DNA of 64,000 nt, from positions 5,042 through 69,041 of the IMG/VR virus record IMGVR_UViG_2551306498_000001. One strand, written 5' to 3'. Numbering within the stretch: the stretch's first letter is position 1; the number at the start of each line of letters is the position of its first letter. Source of the stretch: a virus. Lineage: Duplodnaviria; Caudoviricetes. This document shows, one piece after another, positions 48,615 through 58,677 of this stretch. The notes beneath the pieces were generated by a model. It saw nothing but the letters and a program-made list of their open reading frames with translations, was not told where the DNA came from and did not search any database. The translations under genes were made by a program, and so were the position numbers.

Positions 48615-50837
48615 ATGCCTAACCCAACAATGAAAGTATTTGATAAGAACATCCGGCGTGTAGGTACGTTGATTGATAGTTCAGATATACAACGAAGAAG
48701 ACGTATTAACAGTGACTATGAGGTAACATTTATGGTCCCAATGACCTCAGATGATTACCGCGAAAAAATAGCAATCAAAGGCCACGTTCAAGACGAACGG
48801 GGCCAATTTTATGTTATTCAGTCTAGAAGCCGGTCCCGTGAAGGTCGTAAGCTCATGGCTTCAATTTATTGCAACCACATTATGTTCAAACTGAATGATT
48901 TTAAGTTTCCTTATGCCTCATATATTGACGAAGCTTATGGAGTACATCTCAACGAACTGACGGAGTTAATTACAAAAGCTACAGGCGGGAGATTTACATT
49001 CGTTATTCACGATACGTTTGATCTACATGACGTTAAGGATTTTGGGCGAGGTACATGTCTTGAAGCTCTGAACCGGATTGTAGAGATGTACGAATGTGAG
49101 GTTGAACCTGACAATTTCGTTATTAACCTCAAAAAGAGAATTGGATCAGACCACGGCTTACAGTACCGGCTTAAAAAGAATATCGTATCCAGTTCCTTCA
49201 AGGACAAAGGCGAATCCCTCGTTACCCGGATGTTTGCTCAAATGAAGGATGGCCGGACATTCATCGGTATGGATGCTTCCTTGCTGACGGATCTGGAGAG
49301 AAGTCTATTGTCGAGCATACCAGGAACAATTGTGAATGGTAAACTGGCGGTCAACTATCTAATATCACCATTTGCTCAATATTGGGCGAGTGATTCGGTT
49401 CCATTTTACGATGGAGAAATTATTGAACAAGATATCGAAGAAGCAGAGGACTTGCTGAAGGCTACACGTAAGGCGCTGCTTGAGCAGGAGGTTGTTTCTC
49501 TGGAGGCAACCATATCCACGGCAGACTTGTTCAAAATCGATCACACCGAACCTAAACCTCATTTAGGTGATGATGTCATGTGTATCGACCCGGACATGGG
49601 GATGAACCGGATGAAGGCTCGTATTACAGAACTTACCGAGTATCCATATAGTATGGATAAGCATGCTGAACCAACAATCTCCAATTTGAACTTGAGGGAC
49701 TATGATGACATCATAAGTGACCTGGAACGAAATAAGAATATTACCAACAACCTGTTTTCAAACGGGAAGATCCGGACGGATGTTTTTGAATCTTTTGCCA
49801 AGCAAGCGGTCATTGACATCAACAACAGCAAAACCGAGCTGATCTACCCACCAGAAGGCGGGATACTGGCTCAAGAAAAGACGAATCCTCTGGAACAAGT
49901 CAGATTCACTTCTAAAGGTGTAGGCATATCCACTGATGGATGGAAGTCAATAAGAGCAGCAATCACAGCGCGGGGTGTTGTTGCGGAGCAAGTAATAGGC
50001 CAACTAGGTAACTTTGTCTCCATGCTGATCGGTAATGGTGAGGACATTGTACAGATCAACACGAATGGTATTGCAGCAGGGGCCTCGTCATTTAATAGCG
50101 CACCTTTCAGACTAAATATGAAAGGTGACTTGATAGCGAATAGCTTAACAGCGAACTATGCCAATATCGAATATTCCAACTTTAAAAACGGGGCCATCGT
50201 CGGTTCCTCAATAAACGTAGGCAATGGGATGTTCACAGTTACTTCAGGCGGGATAATGTCGGCTGTAGGAGCAAACTTCTCTGGCTCTATAACAGCCTCT
50301 ACTGTAACAGGAACAAATATCAATGGCGGTACAATTACCGGTGCTTTAATTCGTACAGCAGCAAGTGGTAGGAGAATAGAACAAGACTCTCAAGGATTCC
50401 GTTCATATGATGCCGGTAATCGAATACGTATTCAAATCGCAACAACAGATGACGCTGCTGCTGCGGCAATTATCTGGAGAGATACAAACGGATCTTCAGT
50501 AGGCGAGATAAATTCATATCAATCTAGTGGACAACTCACGATATTTAGTAATAACTTGTTTCTTGGATCAAATAATACTGGTAATCCTATTCGTTTACAG
50601 GGGGCGACTACATTTGGTGGTGCGGCTTATTTAAGAAGTGGAGCAGTTTATGGTTTAAACATCACAGATGTATCCGGCCTTCAAACAATGCTGAATTCTC
50701 TTCAAACAAAGATTGATTCTTTGCAGGCGGCCTACAACAACCACAGACATAACGTAACTACTGCTCATCACAATCATGGTAATAATGCAAACAATCCAAA
50801 TACTGGTGGTGGAACCTTCACAACATCTACTCCGTAA
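48615..50837 (+). CDS. Baseplate hub/tail spike (Tal, prophage endopeptidase-tail family)
   Basis: 'EPDNFVINLKKRIGSDHGLQYRLKKNI', 'VTRMF'; beta-rich C-terminus ending in a His-rich tip. Confidence 0.85.
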   Translation: MPNPTMKVFDKNIRRVGTLIDSSDIQRRRRINSDYEVTFMVPMTSDDYREKIAIKGHVQDERGQFYVIQSRSRSREGRKLMASIYCNHIMFKLNDFKFPYASYIDEAYGVHLNELTELITKATGGRFTFVIHDTFDLHDVKDFGRGTCLEALNRIVEMYECEVEPDNFVINLKKRIGSDHGLQYRLKKNIVSSSFKDKGESLVTRMFAQMKDGRTFIGMDASLLTDLERSLLSSIPGTIVNGKLAVNYLISPFAQYWASDSVPFYDGEIIEQDIEEAEDLLKATRKALLEQEVVSLEATISTADLFKIDHTEPKPHLGDDVMCIDPDMGMNRMKARITELTEYPYSMDKHAEPTISNLNLRDYDDIISDLERNKNITNNLFSNGKIRTDVFESFAKQAVIDINNSKTELIYPPEGGILAQEKTNPLEQVRFTSKGVGISTDGWKSIRAAITARGVVAEQVIGQLGNFVSMLIGNGEDIVQINTNGIAAGASSFNSAPFRLNMKGDLIANSLTANYANIEYSNFKNGAIVGSSINVGNGMFTVTSGGIMSAVGANFSGSITASTVTGTNINGGTITGALIRTAASGRRIEQDSQGFRSYDAGNRIRIQIATTDDAAAAAIIWRDTNGSSVGEINSYQSSGQLTIFSNNLFLGSNNTGNPIRLQGATTFGGAAYLRSGAVYGLNITDVSGLQTMLNSLQTKIDSLQAAYNNHRHNVTTAHHNHGNNANNPNTGGGTFTTSTP

Positions 50838-50880
50838 TGTATCATAATAGGAAAATAGAACCAATTGCGGAGGTATAGAC

Positions 50881-51459
50881 ATGAAGAAGTTTGCACACAA
50901 AGTTGCGTATATTGCTGGTGGTTTCATCATCGGCATAGTTTTTTCGACACCAGCAGGATCATTTGCTGATGCGGTTAAAAGTATGGTCGGCAAAAAGGTA
51001 ACTGGCGAATATACAATTGTAGTTGATGGCAAAAAATTATCGGACAAGGGAGCTGTCATTGACAATAAAGCGAACGTTCCAGCGCGTGCCCTGTCTGAAG
51101 CATTAGGAGCTGATGTTTCAGTGAGCGGAAAGACTATAAACATTACATCTGAAGGTGAAGGATCGAACGTGTCTGGTTCGGGTATTACGACCATTGATAC
51201 TTCACCCTCAAGTAACAAGTATATTGGCTATTCGAAATCAAGTTTGCAAGATTTAAGGAAAAGTACAGTGGATAATATTCTCACGCCAACTACAGCGGGT
51301 AGAGAACAATTAGGAAAAGGATTAGAAGAGGCTAAAAAGACAGGAGATCCATCAATTATAGAACAAGCTGAGAAAAGAGTTGCTGAATATGATGCTGAGA
51401 TAGCGAAATATGAAGCAGAATTAAAACTAATTGATGAAGCATTACTTACTGCTAAATAG
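50881..51459 (+). CDS. Secreted protein with copper-amine-oxidase-like stalk domain
   Basis: Signal peptide (..PAGSFA); 'ANVPARALSEALGADV..SGKTINI'. Confidence 0.7.
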   Translation: MKKFAHKVAYIAGGFIIGIVFSTPAGSFADAVKSMVGKKVTGEYTIVVDGKKLSDKGAVIDNKANVPARALSEALGADVSVSGKTINITSEGEGSNVSGSGITTIDTSPSSNKYIGYSKSSLQDLRKSTVDNILTPTTAGREQLGKGLEEAKKTGDPSIIEQAEKRVAEYDAEIAKYEAELKLIDEALLTAK

Positions 51460-51618
51460 ATTAAGTCTCTGAGGGTTCGTTATCGACGGACTCTTTTTTT
51501 TGTTTGTGTGACTATAAATACGTAGCCACTCCGTAACAAAGATAAAAGATAATAAATACATGAAGCCCTATTCCTTAATTGGAAGGGGCTTATTTTCGTA
51601 TAGAGAGGAGGAAAGGTC

Positions 51619-51822
51619 TTGGCAAAGATGACACATACACTCCAAGTTGAAATGGATTTGAATAAACCGGTTGAAGAATTGACACAGGTGATTACTACTG
51701 TTCTTAGCTCGCATCCACTTAATCAAAAAGAGATTCTGACAGCTTTAGATTTGGAGATCGGGAATGCACTAGCAGCAATTGAGATTCAAGAACAAAAAGA
51801 TAAACAAGAAGTTGTTGAATAG
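51619..51822 (+). CDS. Hypothetical protein
   Basis: 67 aa; RBS GGAGGA. Confidence 0.65.
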   Translation: MAKMTHTLQVEMDLNKPVEELTQVITTVLSSHPLNQKEILTALDLEIGNALAAIEIQEQKDKQEVVE

Positions 51823-51862
51823 GTCAGGAAATTTATCCTGAACAGAGAGATGGGGGATTAAT

Positions 51863-52165
51863 TTGACTGACACAACTATAAGTGAGGTGAACAGTGTTGT
51901 GGAAGAGACTACAAAAGTTCTTATGGGTATCCAGGTTCAATTGGCCCGGATGGAAAAGACACTTGAAGGAGTACCGGCAATGGCTGCCACGTTGGAAGCT
52001 ACACGGGATCTGGCAAAGGAAGCTATGCAATCCACCAAATCAGCCCATCACAGGCTCGATAAGATTGAGAATGCTCAAACCTGGTTGTGGAGGACTATTG
52101 CAACAACACTGATTGGTATAGCTATCGGAGCAATTGTTCTAATTTTGAAGACAGGAGGAGTGTAG
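51863..52165 (+). CDS. XhlA-like coiled-coil/TM lysis protein
   Basis: Coiled coil then 'RLDKIENAQTWLWRTI' and a C-terminal TM; upstream of the holin. Confidence 0.7.
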   Translation: MTDTTISEVNSVVEETTKVLMGIQVQLARMEKTLEGVPAMAATLEATRDLAKEAMQSTKSAHHRLDKIENAQTWLWRTIATTLIGIAIGAIVLILKTGGV

Positions 52166-52168
52166 AAA

Positions 52169-52438
52169 ATGGATTGGAGTACTGTATTTTCACTTATTGA
52201 TCCTAAGTTATTTATTGTATTGGCTGCATGCTGGGTACTTGGTATTGGCATAAAGCGCATCCCGAAGATTCCGGACTGGACCATTGTTTTCATCGTGACT
52301 GCATTCGCTATTGTTATTACAAGTTGGACGCTTGGCTGGTCTCCTGAATCGCTTATCCAGGGAATATTGGTTGGAGCATTTGCGGTGTTCGGTAACCAGG
52401 TGATTAAGCAAGCGAAGAAAGGAACAGAACAGTCATGA
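52169..52438 (+). CDS. Holin
   Basis: 89 aa, 3 TM, 'KIPDWTIVFIV...IQGIL....VFGNQVIKQ'; directly before the endolysin. Confidence 0.85.
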   Translation: MDWSTVFSLIDPKLFIVLAACWVLGIGIKRIPKIPDWTIVFIVTAFAIVITSWTLGWSPESLIQGILVGAFAVFGNQVIKQAKKGTEQS

Positions 52439-53307
52439 TCTCAAAGGGGAATTTCTTGCTACTTGAGCCATCCGAATTTAAAGGGTGGCTCGACAAACAG
52501 ACAATCACCAGAAGCATAGACAAACTTCAAGTCCATCATACTGCTGCGCCTAACTATTCCACTCGTCAAATAGTCAATGGAGTAGCTAAACAAGATGTCT
52601 GGAAATGTCTTGAGGGAATGAGAGCGTACCATCTGTCACAGGGATGGTCTGGTACAGGTCAAAACATAACTGTACTTGAGGATGGACGTATTGCTATCAG
52701 TTTAGATCGGAATCTCAATAAAACGCCTGCGGGAATCAAGGGAGCAAATACAGGCGCTTTGTGTATAGAAATTATAGGTAACTTTGATCAAGGTGGAGAC
52801 ACAATGACTGTTGCGCAGAAACAAGCTGTAGTCCACCTATACGCTTGTCTCGCACTAAAACTAAACATACCTGTTGATACATCTCATATCGTATATCATG
52901 CCTGGTATACAGCTTCTGGAGCGTGGCTGGGAGATTATAAAAAGGGTCAATCAAGGAAGACATGTCCAGGAACCAAATTCTTCGGTGACGGGAATACACG
53001 ATCTGCTGCTGAGCGAGGATTTATTCCGGCTATCAAAGTAAAACTTAAGCGAATTAAAGAAGGGAATGGAAATCCAATGACATCAGAAGAAAAGAAACAA
53101 ATCGAGGAATTGAAGGCTACTGTTGAATCTCAGTCCAAGTGGATCAACGCTCAGAAAGCCAAGGAGAACATGGAGTGTCCAAAATGGGCAGAATCAGCAT
53201 ATGAGTATTACAAGGACTATTTGTCGGATAAAACTGGAAGTTACGACTTTTGGAGACAACTTGTGATTAGTTATCGAAAAGAAAATAAAGTGAAAATTAT
53301 TCTATGA
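52435..53307 (+). CDS. Endolysin, N-acetylmuramoyl-L-alanine amidase (Amidase_2)
   Basis: 'VHHTA', 'CIEIIGNFD', 'YHAW', 'KTCPG'. Confidence 0.9.
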   Translation: MISKGNFLLLEPSEFKGWLDKQTITRSIDKLQVHHTAAPNYSTRQIVNGVAKQDVWKCLEGMRAYHLSQGWSGTGQNITVLEDGRIAISLDRNLNKTPAGIKGANTGALCIEIIGNFDQGGDTMTVAQKQAVVHLYACLALKLNIPVDTSHIVYHAWYTASGAWLGDYKKGQSRKTCPGTKFFGDGNTRSAAERGFIPAIKVKLKRIKEGNGNPMTSEEKKQIEELKATVESQSKWINAQKAKENMECPKWAESAYEYYKDYLSDKTGSYDFWRQLVISYRKENKVKIIL

Positions 53308-53316
53308 TGAATGCTC

Positions 53317-53355
53317 AATCCCCTATCGGTCTCATGACGGTAGGGGGATTTTTTT
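53317..53355 (+). terminator. Intrinsic terminator after the lysis genes
   Basis: AATCCCCTATCG...CGGTAGGGGGATT followed by a T run. Confidence 0.8.
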
Positions 53356-53404
53356 GTTTCAAGAATATAATTCGGAATATTTAACGGAATAATTTACGTG
53401 AATT

Positions 53405-53433
53405 TTGACAAATGAATAAGTATAAAATATAAT
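53405..53433 (+). promoter_or_regulatory. Consensus sigmaA promoter
   Basis: TTGACA-N17-TATAAT exact. Confidence 0.85.
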
Positions 53434-53449
53434 ATCCTTATATAAGGAG

Positions 53450-54088
53450 GTGGGTTGCTTGGAGGCGCTTTTAAAAGCAGATGCTATCGAAATTCTTGAA
53501 CCATATATAGTTAGAATCAAAGAAGCAGTTTCCATTGCTGTAATGGAATATTTTTTAGGAAATGAGTATGCCTTAACTAGGCATAAGCATAGCGCTAGAA
53601 CAGCAGCTTCTATATGTCATGATAATATTAAAGATCAAATAAAAATGAAATTTGAAGATCTCCCCAAGACTAGAATTAAGGAGAGAAGCGGTCTTTTCAT
53701 GTTGATTATCGAGGAAAAGATAATACTTCGCTTCAAAAAGTTCGATGGGAATTTGATGTCATCAGGTATAGCAACTAATCAAGCGATGGCATACGATTTA
53801 CATGACACGGTTCAGTTAGAACTAGACGGCATGCCTGCAAATGGACTCCTTTACGTAGGTTATACACTAAACAGCCTCCAATCAAATATCGACGGAGTAT
53901 TTATTACAAGTCGGTATGGAAATGTTAACATATGGGACTGGGAAGTCACCAACGAAGGTGAAATTCCAACTATACAACCAGTATTGTTTCCGCAACCTAC
54001 AACCACAGAAACTACAACTAAGAAAAGAAGAGTTCGGGCAAAAGACAAATCTATTAGCGCTGGTGATATGAATGCAATTAACGAATAG
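53450..54088 (+). CDS. Uncharacterised protein (candidate toxin), partner of the HTH-Zn peptidase
   Basis: 212 aa ('LRFKKFD...TNQA...LYVGY...IWDW'); overlaps the next gene; start may be TTG 53459. Confidence 0.75.
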   Translation: MGCLEALLKADAIEILEPYIVRIKEAVSIAVMEYFLGNEYALTRHKHSARTAASICHDNIKDQIKMKFEDLPKTRIKERSGLFMLIIEEKIILRFKKFDGNLMSSGIATNQAMAYDLHDTVQLELDGMPANGLLYVGYTLNSLQSNIDGVFITSRYGNVNIWDWEVTNEGEIPTIQPVLFPQPTTTETTTKKRRVRAKDKSISAGDMNAINE

Positions 54089-55151
54089 TGTTGATTATAA
54101 CAATCAATTGGTTGTTTTAGCGAGGGAGTCAAGATTCATTAGCCAAAGTGAATTGGCTAATAAACTCGGGTTTTCGCAGGGGAAATTATCCAAAATTGAA
54201 AATGGGCTAATTTCCATAACGCAAGATGAACTGAACAAAATATCTGAGGCGTTAAACTACCCTAACAACTTTTTTCAAAGAGAAGAAAAGGTATATGGCG
54301 TGGGATTGAGTGAGTTTTTTCACAGAAAAAAACAAGCTGTTCCTCAAAAAGTTTTAAGTACAATTTATGCAAAATTGGAATTACGCAGAATGGAAATTCA
54401 AACTTTGCTCAAATCGGTGGATACGGATGATCCAGCATTTTTTCATATGGACCCTGAGAAATATGACGGTGATATTGAGATGATAGCACAAACGGTTCGA
54501 GCGGCTTTAAAAGTTCCGAACGGTCCTATTCACAATGTGGTGGATATCTTAGAGGATGCAGGAGCTGTGGTTATTCCTTTTGATTACGGTGGTGCCAATA
54601 TAGATGCCATTTGTTTATCTAATCCTGGCGTTCCCCCTCTAATTTTCACAAATTTCGATCGTCCAATGGATAGGATCAGATTCACTCTATGTCATGAATT
54701 AGGTCACATCATTATGCACAGGAAACCTCCTACAGAAGATGTGGATATCGAAGAACAAGCTGATCGTTTTTCTTCGGAGTTTCTTATGCCTAGAAAGGAA
54801 ATATCACATTATTTAAGCGGAGTTAATATCCAAAAATTAGCTGCACTTAAACCCTACTGGAAGGTGTCAATGAATGCTCTTTTGAAAAGAGCGGTTGACT
54901 TAAATAAAATAACGGAAAGACAATCACGTTATTTATGGACTCAAATGGGGAAATCAGGGTACCGTGTAAAAGAGCCTGCTGAACTCGATTTGCCTTACGA
55001 AAAGCCATCTATGCTGGAAGAGATTATTCAAGTACATCAGAAAGATCTACGCTATACTCCAAAAGATCTGAGTTCAGCTACTTTCCTAAGTCAATCTGAA
55101 TTTGAAGAATTATATCCAGTTGAAGCTCCACGAATTAGGCTTATAAAATAA
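54072..55151 (+). CDS. XRE HTH fused to ImmA/IrrE-family Zn metallopeptidase
   Basis: N-terminal HTH (ISQSELANKLGFSQGKLSKIENG); 'RFTLCHELGH' (HExxH); 'EEQADRFSSEFLMP'. Confidence 0.92.
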   Translation: MQLTNSVDYNNQLVVLARESRFISQSELANKLGFSQGKLSKIENGLISITQDELNKISEALNYPNNFFQREEKVYGVGLSEFFHRKKQAVPQKVLSTIYAKLELRRMEIQTLLKSVDTDDPAFFHMDPEKYDGDIEMIAQTVRAALKVPNGPIHNVVDILEDAGAVVIPFDYGGANIDAICLSNPGVPPLIFTNFDRPMDRIRFTLCHELGHIIMHRKPPTEDVDIEEQADRFSSEFLMPRKEISHYLSGVNIQKLAALKPYWKVSMNALLKRAVDLNKITERQSRYLWTQMGKSGYRVKEPAELDLPYEKPSMLEEIIQVHQKDLRYTPKDLSSATFLSQSEFEELYPVEAPRIRLIK

Positions 55152-55214
55152 TTTGTCCATTGAAAACAAGGTCAGCAGAGAGACCTTGTTTTCAATGTAG
55201 ATAGGGGATATCCG

Positions 55215-55964
55215 ATGAAACAAGAACAATTAGATGAATTTCAAAATAAAATGACGTTACTTTTTGATTTATTAGAGGCAAACGAAAAGTTTAAGAAACC
55301 CGAAAATGGTAAGGTGGACAGTTTGGTGTTCCATCTATACTCTAAGGCTAGAAGATTGTTTATGACTTGCCATTTTATATTAAAATCGCCAATGGAATGT
55401 AACTATTTAGAAGCCATGCCTTTAATTCGGATTTTATGCGAGACCTATCTACACATTGCATACATAGAAAAAAATATAAAGAGTGAATCAATCTATAATG
55501 AGTATGAAAACTTAGGTAAATTAAACAGGTGGAAGATGGGATACTACCTTAAAAAATGGGGAGATGATAGACTGGGTGGTTTGCATCCTGACTACGAAGG
55601 TTATGTACAAGAGCATTATTCAAGAAAGCAAAAACCAGCGGTTCCTGATAACCTATTAAAATTTTATAAGTTAGCCCAGGCTGTTGGAAGATATGACTTC
55701 TATATCGAAATTTATTCTGTCCTAAGCAGTTATATCCACTATGATCCCACTACACTATCCAATTACGGAAGCACATTAAATGGATCATTTGTGTTCAACA
55801 AAATGACCTACGATGAACATCTTGATAAAGCAACTAGAAAACATTTAATTATGATAATGCTACTACTGATTCAGTCAATTATAAATATATTTAAGTTAGA
55901 CGAATTCGAAAGAAAAGAATTTAATACTCTAGCGAAAGAATGGGAAAAAGTAAAAGTAATTTAA
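55215..55964 (+). CDS. DUF5677-like (HEPN-like) protein
   Basis: 'AMPLIRILCETYLHIAYI' and 'YSVLSSYIH' pattern; preceded by a hairpin at ~55158-55197. Confidence 0.6.
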   Translation: MKQEQLDEFQNKMTLLFDLLEANEKFKKPENGKVDSLVFHLYSKARRLFMTCHFILKSPMECNYLEAMPLIRILCETYLHIAYIEKNIKSESIYNEYENLGKLNRWKMGYYLKKWGDDRLGGLHPDYEGYVQEHYSRKQKPAVPDNLLKFYKLAQAVGRYDFYIEIYSVLSSYIHYDPTTLSNYGSTLNGSFVFNKMTYDEHLDKATRKHLIMIMLLLIQSIINIFKLDEFERKEFNTLAKEWEKVKVI

Positions 55965-56075
55965 AAGAGGGCAGTCTCTATGCTACCCCCCTAACAGATG
56001 AAATCCAATCGTAATCATTTTAAATAGTTTTAATATACAACTTTAATCGTTACGAGTTATCCTTAAATCGCAAGC

Positions 56076-56130
56076 AAGTTAAGCAAAAAGAGCAGTAGGG
56101 TCCAACCTCACCGCTCTTTTTGCTTAACTT
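56076..56130. terminator. Bidirectional terminator
   Basis: 18-bp perfect inverted repeat between convergent genes. Confidence 0.8.
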
Positions 56131-56795
56131 ATCTCATAAATCAATTCTTCATTGTTATTCCGCACATTACCGACTTCCTTTTGTACCTCGTAAGCTCGCA
56201 TCTCAGACGCTTGATATGGCTTCAAAAGGCCAAGCAAAGACTGAACATTGTCATTATCTCTCCCAAGCCATTCCAACTCATCCTCGGGTCTTAAGATAAC
56301 CGGCATACGATTATGAATGTTTTCCATAAGACTATTTGGTTCAGTGGTGATAATGGTGCAAGTACTCAGTTTGTTACCGTCCGGATCTGTCCAAGTATCA
56401 TACAAGCCGGCAAGAGAGAATAAGCTGTCATCTTTCATCAGAATACGCATTGGTTGCTTTTCCGTTCCTTCCTTACGCCACTCATAAAATCCGTTCGTGG
56501 GGATGATGCAGCGTTTGGAGCTGATTAGACGTTTGAAGGAAGTCTTCTCGGTTAACGTCTCAGCACGGGCATTAATCATCTTGTTACCGATCTTGTCATC
56601 CTTGGCCCATGAAGGAACGAGTCCCCATCGGAGCGCACCCAATCGATTACCGTCTTTGCTGCCAATAATTGTAGGAATGTACTGCATGGGCGCTGCATTG
56701 TAATTAGGCTTGTAGTCAAAGCCATCAGCTATAGATGCATAGTACCTGTCCATTATCGCGTCTAAGGGGTCAGTGATCGTAAATCTACCACACAT
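56124..56795 (-). CDS. SOS response-associated peptidase (SRAP/HMCES family)
   Basis: Starts MCGRF (catalytic Cys2); 'YNAAP', 'WGLVP', 'INARAET', 'IHNRMPVIL'. Confidence 0.95.
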   Translation of the reverse strand: MCGRFTITDPLDAIMDRYYASIADGFDYKPNYNAAPMQYIPTIIGSKDGNRLGALRWGLVPSWAKDDKIGNKMINARAETLTEKTSFKRLISSKRCIIPTNGFYEWRKEGTEKQPMRILMKDDSLFSLAGLYDTWTDPDGNKLSTCTIITTEPNSLMENIHNRMPVILRPEDELEWLGRDNDNVQSLLGLLKPYQASEMRAYEVQKEVGNVRNNNEELIYEIS

Positions 56796-56831
56796 ACAAA
56801 GCACCTCCTGTATTGTCTTTACAATATATAA

Positions 56832-57689
56832 TCACACGATAAATTGATCAAACACAGGGATACGCAGCAAGCCTGATTTGGTCCAGTTGCGCATTTTAAC
56901 TCTGGCCTGAATACGAGGTTCAAGGTAAACGTTGTTCTTGTCTTCACCTGTTATCAGCTGCTGGCAAACTCCACGAAATGCTTGCTTATGTTTTGGACTC
57001 GGGCCATGCTCAATAATCCCTACCGGGCGCATCTTGCCTGACGGATCTGGAACAGCAGCGAGCCATCCAAACTCAGATTTCTTGTATCCTGTGATGAACA
57101 CATCAGCGTAGGACCAGTTAATAACCTTCAACCAATCCTTGGACCGTCTGCTGACGTACTGGCTGTCTTTGCGCTTGCCAACCACACCTTCCATACCCAT
57201 AGTCTCTATCTGAGCATATAGATCTTCTCCAGCCCCTTCTATATGGGGCACTACTCCAAAGTTAGGGGAAGGAAGAGGTAGGTTGTGTAGGATCATCTTG
57301 CGTTCCATAAGAGATAGCTTACGTAGATCCCGGCCTTGGTAGAAAAGAATATCAAATATAGCAAATGTGGCAGGCAGTTTATGAGTGAGCTGCGTTATCT
57401 TGCTGGTCTGCTTTGTACTGAATCTACTCATAACTGCTTCAAAGTCGTTAAGCCCTGTCTCTGGATCAGTGCAAGCGACCTCGCCGTCCAAGATAACATC
57501 AGAGTCAAACGGCAGAAGTAATTCCGGGTACTGACGGGTACAGTCGTTGTTGTGACGAGTGAATAGCCGGACTTCTCCGGCTTGTAGCGAATATATCAAC
57601 CGGTGACCGTCAACTTTAGGTTCAAAAATGAATTCTGAATGTGAGAAGGGACCCGGTGCTGTTCCTAATAACATAGGACTGATAAACAT
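56832..57689 (-). CDS. ATP-dependent DNA ligase
   Basis: Motif I 'EPKVDGHR', 'LDGEV', 'FDIL', 'EGVVGKRKDSQY', 'DWLK'. Confidence 0.92.
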   Translation of the reverse strand: MFISPMLLGTAPGPFSHSEFIFEPKVDGHRLIYSLQAGEVRLFTRHNNDCTRQYPELLLPFDSDVILDGEVACTDPETGLNDFEAVMSRFSTKQTSKITQLTHKLPATFAIFDILFYQGRDLRKLSLMERKMILHNLPLPSPNFGVVPHIEGAGEDLYAQIETMGMEGVVGKRKDSQYVSRRSKDWLKVINWSYADVFITGYKKSEFGWLAAVPDPSGKMRPVGIIEHGPSPKHKQAFRGVCQQLITGEDKNNVYLEPRIQARVKMRNWTKSGLLRIPVFDQFIV

Positions 57690-57759
57690 AAAAACACCTC
57701 AACCCAATTATAGCGGTTTGCCATAAAGGATAGAGGCGGTAAGTTGTGGAACTGTGATT

Positions 57760-58044
57760 TTAATGCTGTAATGATTTTTCAATGATCTGTTCTAAAGTTA
57801 AATCTTTGTTATTAATCCACCAAGCTGCAGAAGTCTTTTCTTGGAGTGGACCTAAACTCACCAGAGTAAGATCTTTGTCATAAGCCTGATTGAAAAATCT
57901 GATTCTTATATCTCTCGCCCATTTAATTTGAGCTACAGAACCTTTGAGGTCTGGTATGTTATAGTGACTCTCAATTTCACTTGCTAAGTTATTTAAATAA
58001 TCTTCCATCTCTTTGGAGTGTACAATCTTAACCAAGGTAATCAC
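57760..58044 (-). CDS. Hypothetical protein
   Basis: 94 aa; 'LKGSVAQIKWARDIR...AAWWI'. Confidence 0.65.
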   Translation of the reverse strand: MITLVKIVHSKEMEDYLNNLASEIESHYNIPDLKGSVAQIKWARDIRIRFFNQAYDKDLTLVSLGPLQEKTSAAWWINNKDLTLEQIIEKSLQH

Positions 58045-58224
58045 CTCGTTTTTAGTTTATAAGGATTATTTGTATCGTTTAGAAGAGTTTCTTCATACTG
58101 ATTAGCCAATTTTTATAGAATATCTTTTTCATTCTTCTTTCTCCTGATATAGTAATAATTAACAATATGACTAGTCTATCAGAACTAGGTATATTTTTCT
58201 ATTAAATTGTATGGGTGTGAAAAA

Positions 58225-58437
58225 GTGAATACATATAGAGTATTGCAAACAGACACAGAATTCCTAGTGGCAGCATTATCCCAGACACGCGTATCAGTCT
58301 GGTTTGTCTTACCTGACCGAGAACGTATTATGGACTATGGTGGGTTATTGGAAGCGTACAGTGATGTGTCCGTAAAAATCGCTGGAAATCGATACTTTAG
58401 AGACAAGTTTGAATTTAGAGCGGAGAGAGGTAGGTAA
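58225..58437 (+). CDS. Hypothetical protein
   Basis: GTG start inside track ORF 58207..58437. Confidence 0.55.
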   Translation: MNTYRVLQTDTEFLVAALSQTRVSVWFVLPDRERIMDYGGLLEAYSDVSVKIAGNRYFRDKFEFRAERGR

Positions 58438-58677
58438 ATGGTTAATCTTAAGAGCATTATTGATGAGGAATTGAGGAAGAGGTTTAGTGAAGCAAGAGCG
58501 GCCGGTAGCGAATACCTGGATGTTATTTCAGGGGATATACATAAGGAACTTGGTTTCAAAAACCGAATGCCTTCTTGTTGTCATGCTATGAGAGAAATGA
58601 TGAAGATGGGCGATGCCATTTTAGAAGCACCACCTAAAGGTGATGGAGCAAAGTTTAAAGTCCGCTATTTCTTGTAA
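58438..58677 (+). CDS. Small winged-helix-like protein
   Basis: 'VISGDIHKELGFKNRMPSCCHAMR'. Confidence 0.6.
   Translation: MVNLKSIIDEELRKRFSEARAAGSEYLDVISGDIHKELGFKNRMPSCCHAMREMMKMGDAILEAPPKGDGAKFKVRYFL

Noticed and set aside
54072-55151. Primary phage immunity repressor/anti-repressor (ImmR/ImmA)
   Set aside because: It sits after the lysis genes in an operon with an unknown gene under a constitutive promoter. The true immunity region is expected next to the integrase, outside this window.
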